From contig JAUCBJ010007048.1 in NCBI GenBank assembly GCA_032718475.1, positions 1-61,619 of the forward strand: DNA of 61,619 nucleotides, given 5' to 3'. This document shows positions 10,058 to 18,848 of this stretch, in pieces. The stretch comes from Nemertoderma westbladi (Eukaryota; Animalia; Xenacoelomorpha). Position 1 is the stretch's first letter, and the number at the start of each line of letters is the position of its first letter. The notes beneath the pieces are model-generated. The model saw only the letters and a list, made by a program, of their open reading frames with translations, searched no databases and was not told the DNA's origin. The translations under genes were made by a program, and so were the position numbers.

Positions 10058-12299
10058 GGAGACTACCCAACTGGAGTTGGAAAATCTGCAAGAGACGCAA
10101 GACAACATAAATAAACAGTTAACTGCTAGTCAAATGCAGATGATGAGACGATCTACTCCCAAACGCCAGGGATACACATCATCGGAGGAAGGCGAGACCA
10201 CCGATTCTGAAGGCGGAGGAAATAGATCTCATCTAAGCAGGCGTAGAAAAACATCTCACTGTCACAAATTGCCTGATTTGCCCCCAGCGGTTAGAAGACA
10301 ACTAGCTAGCACAGACTTAGGTGGTACAGAACCCACAGACCAAATTATTCAAGTCAAAAGACTCCCTACAATAGTAGATGAGCCTGAAATAATTAGGCCT
10401 GTCGTTCCCAAAGCCACTCCTGTGCTAGAGACCCCTGTACTTCCAGAGCTTAACTCTAAATTCCCTTTACACAGTACTACACTGCCTGTACCCGGTAGAA
10501 CAGTCCATGAGAATATCCCTGTCCTGGAAGCTGAGAGAGAAATCAAAGATTTGTCTCCCGTCGTCCCGCGTCGGCCCGCTACAATGTTGGCGACTCCCGC
10601 TTCGGCGGTCGAGTGGGTAGAGGAGGGACGTCGGGGGATGAATCTCCTGCTCGGACAGATGCAGGAGACTGTCCACCAACTTAAGGGAACAGTAAGGGAA
10701 AGTAGGGCAGAATTGCAAGAAGTGCAGCAAAGCATCGCGCTAGAACGTGACAAATTAGTCAATATGCAAAAGGGTATACCAATACCCCCAGTAACATTGT
10801 GTCAACCTGTTAGGTCTGAAGTATTACATGCGCAAGGTGTGGAGCCTACACGCATCTATACTGCTAGTGAAGTAGAAACTCCTATAGCAAACCCTATTAA
10901 GGGTGATTATAAACCTGTTGTTAATGATATTTCCTATAGACCTGATAATAATCCGAGAAATTCATATACCGATAATTCGATATTAAATAACACGATGGCC
11001 CAAGAAAGCTTCACGCGTCAGATGGCTAGAACAGAAGCCCGCCAAGCGGTCAAAGTGGGAGAGATCGTCAAATTCAATGGAGATGAGATGAAATGGTTAC
11101 CTTTCAATGAATATTACAAAGATAGCATACAGAACTCTGTACTATCTAACGGAGAGAAACTTAGATTCCTCATCAAGTGCTTGGAAGGACCTCCCAAGTT
11201 AATGGCGTTAAAGTTTATTCGACATCCAGATGGATTAAGACAAGTTTGGGACACATTAAACATCAGGTATGGTAACAAGGATAACATAGCTAAGTATTTG
11301 TATGCAAAATTAGTAGCCCCCCGAAACTTCCTTAGTAGCGGGATTATAGAGTTTTCCGATGAGATTCAGGAGATCTGTAGACAATTGGACTGGTTAGGTA
11401 AGTCTCATGAATATCAGAGTTCCATGGTTATTGGAGCCGTAGTCTCTACTTTACCAAAGGGTGGAGTATGTACCCGCTGGGACAAGAAAGTGTTGTATAT
11501 GAATGAGCAGCAACGACGAAGCCCTACCATGGCTGATCTCATGTCCTTCTTAGATGGTGAAGTAAAACTACAACTCATCAAGCAGTCCAGAGAGAAAACA
11601 TCGGAAAATAAGGTAAGTGAGAAACCCGTTTCTAGGAGAAGAGTAACACCAGTGTGTTACACTGACGACGGCGCAAGCCAAGCTTCTCAAGAAGAGGACA
11701 GCGGGAAAGACACTGACCGATTTTACTACATTAACAAAACCTCAAAGGACGTAAGTAAATACAAGGCTCGAACCAAAGATAGGAGAGAACAGGTTGCTAA
11801 GACTCCTCCTCAGTCTCCTAACAGAATGCACGGAAGAAAGCCCGAAGAAAGAACGAGAGTGCATCACGTTACCCAAGGTAAAGTGAGTAACATCAAACCA
11901 AACTGTGCGCTGTGCGACGGGCCCCACCGTTTGAGTGCGTGTGCTGAATTTCTAAAGAAATCCCTTGTAGACAGACGTGCAGTCATGTGGGATAACCGGT
12001 TATGCTATAATTGCCTCAGATCAGGACACCAACGGCGAACCTGTTACTCCGACGTAAAGTGTGCAAAGTGTGGCGCGAAACATCACATCTTGTTACACAG
12101 TGAGTTCGAACGAGACAACCCGAGTCAGGTAAGTGAGCCCGAACTACATGTCCAATTCAGTGATGTAAATGACACTGATCAAGAGTCTGAGATGGAAGGA
12201 TTCTATACTGACGAATTCTCCGACGCCAACGAATCCTGTTACCTAATAAATACCACAGTGTATCGAGCACTTACTTACGAAAAGGACACCGACAATTGA
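9855..12299 (+). CDS. gag: BEL/Pao Gag core: DUF1759-like capsid region plus three zinc knuckles
   Basis: KFNGDEMKWLPF...LSNGEKLRFLIKCLEG capsid-like motif; CALCDGPHRLSAC, CYNCLRSGHQRRTC and CAKCGAKHHILLH are the typical BEL knuckle triplet. Confidence 0.93.
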   Translation: MIKKLRLTRVQEEQVKKKRIEDRKVAAVTAAMAEVEAERKAAKAAAAEAEAERKAAKAVAEAERKASEETTQLELENLQETQDNINKQLTASQMQMMRRSTPKRQGYTSSEEGETTDSEGGGNRSHLSRRRKTSHCHKLPDLPPAVRRQLASTDLGGTEPTDQIIQVKRLPTIVDEPEIIRPVVPKATPVLETPVLPELNSKFPLHSTTLPVPGRTVHENIPVLEAEREIKDLSPVVPRRPATMLATPASAVEWVEEGRRGMNLLLGQMQETVHQLKGTVRESRAELQEVQQSIALERDKLVNMQKGIPIPPVTLCQPVRSEVLHAQGVEPTRIYTASEVETPIANPIKGDYKPVVNDISYRPDNNPRNSYTDNSILNNTMAQESFTRQMARTEARQAVKVGEIVKFNGDEMKWLPFNEYYKDSIQNSVLSNGEKLRFLIKCLEGPPKLMALKFIRHPDGLRQVWDTLNIRYGNKDNIAKYLYAKLVAPRNFLSSGIIEFSDEIQEICRQLDWLGKSHEYQSSMVIGAVVSTLPKGGVCTRWDKKVLYMNEQQRRSPTMADLMSFLDGEVKLQLIKQSREKTSENKVSEKPVSRRRVTPVCYTDDGASQASQEEDSGKDTDRFYYINKTSKDVSKYKARTKDRREQVAKTPPQSPNRMHGRKPEERTRVHHVTQGKVSNIKPNCALCDGPHRLSACAEFLKKSLVDRRAVMWDNRLCYNCLRSGHQRRTCYSDVKCAKCGAKHHILLHSEFERDNPSQVSEPELHVQFSDVNDTDQESEMEGFYTDEFSDANESCYLINTTVYRALTYEKDTDN

Positions 12300-15200
12300 G
12301 TTCCCCCCAACTACTTTTGCCAGACAACCATCTTGGAAAGCTCCAACTTCCAATGTAGGAATCAGAGAATTTCCTGTAGTGCAGGTAAGAGTTCACGGTC
12401 CTAACAAAAGTTACATAGTGAACGCCCTCCTTGACTCCGGCAGCACAGGAACATTCATCGATCAAGAACTAGCCGAAGATATCTTTGCTGGACAACCCAA
12501 ATTCCGGACTAAATTGAATATGTCAGGAATTATGCAGGTTTGGAAATCTACCCTAACGGCAGATTACTATGTAGGTGTGTTGTCCACCCCCCAGGATAAA
12601 TTAGGAGCACAAGGTATAAGGTCGGTAAAAATGGTGGCTATAAAGAACTTCGCTACTACCCAAGCAGAACTTTATAATTGGGACGAGGATGAGAGCATCC
12701 AACAGCTTAAGATACCTCGATTCCAGACAGATTATCCTGGAGTGCAAATACTCATCGGCCAAAACGCGCATGAGGCGCTCGAGACATTGGAGAAACGGCC
12801 TGCTCAACCGCAGCCACTGCAAACCTATGCGGTAAGAACTAGAGTAGGTTGGTACTTTACTGGCCCTTCCCGCAGAACTCTCGAAGAGAGAATGCCACAA
12901 GAACGAATATACCAAGTAAACGATTGGGAAGTGGAGAGCAGTGAGGTGGACGAACTAACTGAGGGAACACCATACTCCTCAGATAATGACGACATCTACC
13001 AACTCTTCGATGAAGAGAACACAATCGACCTACTTACAGAAAACAAAACTTGGAAAAACCAGGTGAACCTATGTCAACTGATTCGCCCATCGGGACCCAT
13101 TGATTACAATGACGAACTAAATGATGAGATAGAGCGCTACAACGCTAGAACTCGGGACGAACTCGCCGTACGATTCTTTACTCAAGAATTGGTAGAGCCC
13201 AATTCATACGATAAGGCCATATCGATAGAAGAAGAAAGAGCCAAGCAAATCCAGGAAACAACTACACGTTTTTTAAAGGACCAAGGTAGATATGAAATCG
13301 GCCTACCATTTCGAAAACGAGAACCTAGATTTATAAATAACAGACCCTTGGCAGAGAAAAGAATCGCTCAATTACATCGACGCGTTACGGCTAATGCTTC
13401 AGCTAAAGAAATGTACCAAACTCAGTTGAAGAAATTTATTACAAAGGGATACGCGGAGCGAGTACCGGAAGGAACACCAGTGACTGAGAGAACGTATTAC
13501 TTAACACATCATTACGTTCCCAAACCCGGTAAACCCCATGAAGTACGAGTCGTATTCGATAGCTCCGCTCTATATATGGGCCAATCCCTCAATTCCGAGT
13601 TGTTACCAGGACCCAACTTACTCCAATCTTTGTTGGGAATACTTTTAAGATTAAGACAATATTCCATCGCGTTCGCCTCCGATATAGAAGGAATGTTCTT
13701 ACAAGTCAAGGCGCTGGATAGAGATAGAGACAGCCTGAGATTTCTGTGGTGGCCTGAAGGAGATCTCAACCAGAAACCGGTAGAGTACTGGATGACCATC
13801 CAGGCTTTTGGGATCATATCAAGCCCTTCCAACGCCTGCTCCGTGGTGCGGACCACTGCGAATGACAACCGAGACGCCTTCTCAAAAGAGGTGATAGACA
13901 ACATCAAGCGTAATATATACATGGACGACAATTTAAGGTCCCTTCCATCAGTAGAAGAAGCCATTGATGTCGCGAAAGGAACGGTAGAGTGTTTGAAAAG
14001 AGGTGGATTTCGACTGACGAAATTCACCAGCAACTCCCGTGAGTTTCTGGAAGCGATACCAGTAGAAGACCAAGGAACGAAAGATCTAGACTTAATAAAG
14101 GACGATCTTCCAGAAACCAAGACGCTTGGCTTGAAGTGGGACACCGAAAGAGATATCCTGTTTTTTCAGCTAAAACAGCGAGATAATCCAGTTCGGACCA
14201 AACGGATTTGTTTAAGTATCCTGAGCATTTATTTCGACCCATTGGGATTTATTAGCCCAGTTATATTGATTGCTCGGAGTTTAGTACAACAAATGTGGCT
14301 TGAAAACCACTCATGGGACGATCCACTTAAGGGAGAACTGTTAAAGAAGTGGATGAAATGGGAAGATTCTCTACCTGCCATCGAGAGCTTTATAATTTCC
14401 CGTGCATATTTTGGTCATGTTCTTCCTACATATTCCTATCAACTCCATGTGTTTGGAGACGCCAGCGACATGGGAATAGGTATAGTAGCATATCTGCGAG
14501 TCGAAACTCCGGATGGAATCAAAGTCGCCTTGGTTACCTCTAAGGCATTGATTAACAACAAGTTAAAGGTTCCTCGAGCGGAGTTAAAGGCGGCTTTATA
14601 CGCTACAGCCATCGGCCGGAACGTAACAGAACAAATCGACTATCCACTGGAGAAAACTGTTTATTGGACCGACGCTTTACTCGTGTTGGAATATCTAACC
14701 AATGAAGTCTGTCAGTTCAGCGTTTTTGTTACTAACAGGGTAGCTATTATTCTTAGTCGCACAAAGATAGATCAATGGAGACATTGCCCTGGTACGATTA
14801 ATCCAGCCGATATCGCCTCCAGGGGAGCGACTCCACAGGAACTGATAGATACTCCAGACTGGTTGGGTGGACCCGACTTCCTGAGTAAGGAAGAGGATGA
14901 ATGGCCTCCTCACCTTACTACGGCGGAGATTAGACAAGCCAAGGGAGCGGAGAAAGTCAAACCTAAAACCCGGGCGAGTAAATCGAAGTTATTTAAACCG
15001 ACTATCGATCTATCTGTATTACATACTTCCAGAAACGATGCTTCGGATCCACAATCCGTCGCCACAAATAAGTCTGTTGTGGAAATTAGAGATAGAGATT
15101 GGAAATCTGGAACACCAGACGTCTCGCAAGGAATCTCACCCCTGCTGCAGAGAGCAATGCATCACTACAGTTCCTGGAATCGGCTCTGTAAAGCCGTCAC

Positions 15201-16803
15201 ATATTTAAGGCGATGTTTTCATCATCACTACTCCAGGACGAAGACCATTAGTGATACCGCTCCATTGACATCTGCGCAAGTTCATGTTATTAAAAATTTA
15301 CCCAAGTATAAGACATCCGACCGGTTTCTAAAGGAAAAAATCAGTTACCAGGAGCATGAAGAAACCAATAAGCAGATACTGAGACTCCTGCAATGCTATG
15401 AGGATTCCGATAAGTATTTCCTGTTGTTGAGAAATCCGCAGATGCGCTTAAGGGATCGCTTCTCTAGCACAATGATAGATGGGTTAATACGTGTTGGAGG
15501 AAGGCTCACCAATGCGCCATTATCCTTTGACACTAAATTCCCCATACTCATTAGAAATCTTGAAGTACAAATCAAGATGATTGTAGATGTTCACAGTAAA
15601 CTTTATCATGCTGGTAGAGAACGAGTTCTTAGCGAAATTCGAACTCGCTATTATTTTGATAAACCCCGTAGAGCTCTGAACCAAGTTCTTAGGAACTGCA
15701 TACCCTGTAGGAAAGCATTCAGTAGGCCTTTAACACAGCGAGAGGCAGAATTACCTAGGGAACAAGTAAGCTTCTATGAACCACCTTTTACTAATACTGG
15801 TGTAGATTTATTTGGCCCTATTGAAGTATATCGTGCTAGGACTATAGTCAAGAGATGGTGTGTCATCTTCGTATGCATGACTTGTAGAGCCATCCATCTC
15901 GATATGGTGAACGATCTATCTACCAACAGCTTCGTCTTAAGTTTACGCCGACAGATTGCTCGCTTCGGGACGAGTAATACCATGAGATCGGATAAGGGAA
16001 CGAACTTCATTGGTGCCAACAACGAAATCCAGGCTTACGTGAAGGACTGGAACCAAAGACAGGTGGACGATCAGCTAAGGATAACAGCATCTAGCTGGAC
16101 CTTCAACGCCGCCGACGCCCCTTGGTGGGGAGGAAATTGGGAGAGATTAATTAGAAGTGTCAAGACCGCATTTCACTTTATAGTGCCATGCCGCGCGTAT
16201 CTCACCGACGAACTTTTGCGGACATTAATGGAGGAAATAGCTGCCTATCTCAACGAGAGACCGCTTATGCCAGTCTCATCGAGTCCCGATTCCCTGGAAG
16301 CGATAACACCCGCGCACTTCCTACTGAAGAAACCTGTAGCCATGCTCCCACGATCCGAGATTACCGACGGAGACGAATACTGCCGTCGAACTTGGCAACT
16401 TATGCAGTTGCTATCCCGTCGTTTCGCTGACCATTTCGAGAAACATTATCTGCCCACGCTACAACTTCGAACTAAGTGGTTTGCGCAGCAAGAAAACGTC
16501 AGCGCCGGAGATATGGTGCTTATTGTAGATTCAGACCTTCCACGTAAACGGTGGCAGACAGGTCGTATCATCGAGACTCACATCTCGGATGATGGTTTAG
16601 TACGCTCGGTAGAACTCGTCGTCATGCGGCGTAACTTCAAGAAGCCAGGCATAATCTTTGAGACGCAACAACTCAACCGCCCAGTGGGTCGTTTATGTTT
16701 ACTGGAAAGAGACAGAGAACTCTCCGGAAACTATGGAAGACAAGACACTCTTCCCACGACCACCTCCCTAATTCCTCAAACATCTAGGGACTCCCCAACG
16801 TGA
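12250..16803 (+). CDS. pol: BEL/Pao Pol: aspartic protease, reverse transcriptase, RNase H, integrase
   Basis: ALLDSGS (PR); RVVFDSSA, SDIEGMFLQV and YMDD (RT); LHVFGDAS, PRAELKA, WTDA and NPADIASRG (RNase H); HAG...CIPC, GVDLFGP, SDKGTNF and PWWGGNWERLI (INT). The frame is open from 12250 and overlaps the gag end. Confidence 0.97.
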   Translation: MPQCIEHLLTKRTPTIEFPPTTFARQPSWKAPTSNVGIREFPVVQVRVHGPNKSYIVNALLDSGSTGTFIDQELAEDIFAGQPKFRTKLNMSGIMQVWKSTLTADYYVGVLSTPQDKLGAQGIRSVKMVAIKNFATTQAELYNWDEDESIQQLKIPRFQTDYPGVQILIGQNAHEALETLEKRPAQPQPLQTYAVRTRVGWYFTGPSRRTLEERMPQERIYQVNDWEVESSEVDELTEGTPYSSDNDDIYQLFDEENTIDLLTENKTWKNQVNLCQLIRPSGPIDYNDELNDEIERYNARTRDELAVRFFTQELVEPNSYDKAISIEEERAKQIQETTTRFLKDQGRYEIGLPFRKREPRFINNRPLAEKRIAQLHRRVTANASAKEMYQTQLKKFITKGYAERVPEGTPVTERTYYLTHHYVPKPGKPHEVRVVFDSSALYMGQSLNSELLPGPNLLQSLLGILLRLRQYSIAFASDIEGMFLQVKALDRDRDSLRFLWWPEGDLNQKPVEYWMTIQAFGIISSPSNACSVVRTTANDNRDAFSKEVIDNIKRNIYMDDNLRSLPSVEEAIDVAKGTVECLKRGGFRLTKFTSNSREFLEAIPVEDQGTKDLDLIKDDLPETKTLGLKWDTERDILFFQLKQRDNPVRTKRICLSILSIYFDPLGFISPVILIARSLVQQMWLENHSWDDPLKGELLKKWMKWEDSLPAIESFIISRAYFGHVLPTYSYQLHVFGDASDMGIGIVAYLRVETPDGIKVALVTSKALINNKLKVPRAELKAALYATAIGRNVTEQIDYPLEKTVYWTDALLVLEYLTNEVCQFSVFVTNRVAIILSRTKIDQWRHCPGTINPADIASRGATPQELIDTPDWLGGPDFLSKEEDEWPPHLTTAEIRQAKGAEKVKPKTRASKSKLFKPTIDLSVLHTSRNDASDPQSVATNKSVVEIRDRDWKSGTPDVSQGISPLLQRAMHHYSSWNRLCKAVTYLRRCFHHHYSRTKTISDTAPLTSAQVHVIKNLPKYKTSDRFLKEKISYQEHEETNKQILRLLQCYEDSDKYFLLLRNPQMRLRDRFSSTMIDGLIRVGGRLTNAPLSFDTKFPILIRNLEVQIKMIVDVHSKLYHAGRERVLSEIRTRYYFDKPRRALNQVLRNCIPCRKAFSRPLTQREAELPREQVSFYEPPFTNTGVDLFGPIEVYRARTIVKRWCVIFVCMTCRAIHLDMVNDLSTNSFVLSLRRQIARFGTSNTMRSDKGTNFIGANNEIQAYVKDWNQRQVDDQLRITASSWTFNAADAPWWGGNWERLIRSVKTAFHFIVPCRAYLTDELLRTLMEEIAAYLNERPLMPVSSSPDSLEAITPAHFLLKKPVAMLPRSEITDGDEYCRRTWQLMQLLSRRFADHFEKHYLPTLQLRTKWFAQQENVSAGDMVLIVDSDLPRKRWQTGRIIETHISDDGLVRSVELVVMRRNFKKPGIIFETQQLNRPVGRLCLLERDRELSGNYGRQDTLPTTTSLIPQTSRDSPT

Positions 16804-18419
16804 TACGTCTGGAGTGGGCGCATGACTATATTATTCTATCTATTTTTATTATATTTTATATGCGAACTTTATTATGTACTTTATTATAATCGTTTTATTT
16901 AATTTTATTTAGTAGAATGTTATTTTAGACTATTTAGTAGGTTAGTGCAATATATTAGTGTTTATTACGTAATTACACAGAACATATTTAATATGACGGC
17001 GAGAAATAATTCTTTCTTTTCCTTACAGTCCATATTATATTATAAATACGAGACTACATGTAAGATGACATGTCAGTACTTATTAAAGTACAATAAAGCT
17101 CCTACTATATTTAAGTATTATTGGTAGGCAGAGTATTAGGAATGCAAAGTTCAGATCCTCGTGTCTCGGCTAAACCAAGCTCTGGGTAGACCTTGGAAAC
17201 GACTTGCCTCTTCACACTGACATTGCTTCGTGCGATATTGCTCTCATACCATATATAATAATACATATAGTAGCGTGATGTCCCTCTAACAGTAGCGTAA
17301 AACGCAAATAAAGCTGTTAAACCTTTTGACCATCTGTAATTCTAGTCGATTAAGATATCGTGGCACCCACCGATATAGTTGAAAGACAAATTCTAGAATC
17401 AGTGGTTAACGTCCCCAGACAAGTTCTGGAATAAATCGGTGCCCATCTTAAATATTAATTTAATATTTATTAAAATCTGTAAAATTCAGATCCTTTAAAA
17501 TTTCTAGTCAATTAAGATATCGCAGCACTTACCGATACTCTTAAAAGACAATTTTATAGAATTAAAGATCCTCAGTCCCCAGACATGCTCTGGAATAAAA
17601 ATTGTGTCAATTTTAACATCAAATAATACAATTCACGGGAATAAATTTAAATTCATATTTTAAATGAATATCATAAATTGTCATTTTGTGCAATTTATAA
17701 CATTCCCAAAATTCCATTAATTAATAGATCATGGGAGCGGAGATTCATCCTATTGAGTGTATTAGAGTGCGAGAATCTCCAACATATAGTCAATAGCCGA
17801 TAAAAATTAATAAAATCATGCATAGAGAGGATATTGACAATTAAAGAATTACTATTAAATAGTATTCCAGATCTGTATGCATGAGAATTACCCTAATTCT
17901 ACCGCTAGCTTTCCATAATGTCACCATAGCAACACCCACGCTAGAATTAGAAGCAAGTTAAAAGAACAATAGAAAGCTTGTCCCATTGCATAGCATAGAG
18001 AATACATAGCACACTGTTAGTATCCAAGGATACACAGTAATAACGTGACATTCTGGAAGGCACTGACTAACGGACAAATGGCCTGTATGTGTACAATTGG
18101 TGACAGTTGTGTGGAATTTGTGCGTTTATAGGTGAATGTTACTGCTAAAGTATGTTTACAGTAGCTAGTCACAATTGTGAAAGTAACCCAACTCTCCTAT
18201 AGAAAGAACCTAAAGTGGATCCAAGCCATTGGGACGGACAGTGGAGTGACTTGTGCCGGTTATCGTTGTCGTGCTGTTGCTACATGTTGGCGTAAACACC
18301 GCGACGACGGTACATCGGCGCTGAGAATCCCACTGTCCGGGGGCAACGAGAGGTAGGCAGCGACGCCCGCTAGCCTAAACATAAACTCATTTTGATATTA
18401 ATAAACTCAGATAGCAGAT

Positions 18420-18848
18420 ATGATGGAGTTGATAGAAGATGATCTTGGTATTAGGGAGTGATATACTCTACCTTTACAAGGATTTGTGGATAGCTTAATA
18501 TGCGGTGAAGCCGATCCAACCATTACGGAGGACGATGGTCGTTATATCGAACCGCCGATGTCCCAAGAGCAACTTACGCGTGAATTGGACTATCGAAAAT
18601 TCACCGCTCGCTATACGAATCGTAATGGTACGTATATGGACTTCTTAACTACCGGCCATCCTATCGATTTACATGATACGGACGATGTAGACACAGAAAG
18701 GGAAATGGTTCTATTTAAATATCATACCCAGCGGAGTCGTAACGATAAACCGAGAATAGAACACGAAAATTATATTCGTAACAGACTGGAAAGATAAAAC
18801 GTTGAAGAACCGGATAAACGCATCGACTTCAACGACTACCTGGAATTT
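18420..18848 (+). pseudogene. In-frame N-terminal part of the extra ORF, interrupted by TGA (18459-18461) and TAA (18795-18797)
   Basis: ATG at 18420, ORF 18486-18797 and ORF 18849-22532 share one frame: MMELIEDDLGIRE*YTLPLQGFVDS...RLER*NVEEPDKRIDFNDYLEFLRETY. Confidence 0.7.

Noticed and set aside
9573-16430. Short antisense and alternate-frame ORFs overlapping gag/pol
   Set aside because: Shadow ORFs of the main frames with no independent motifs.
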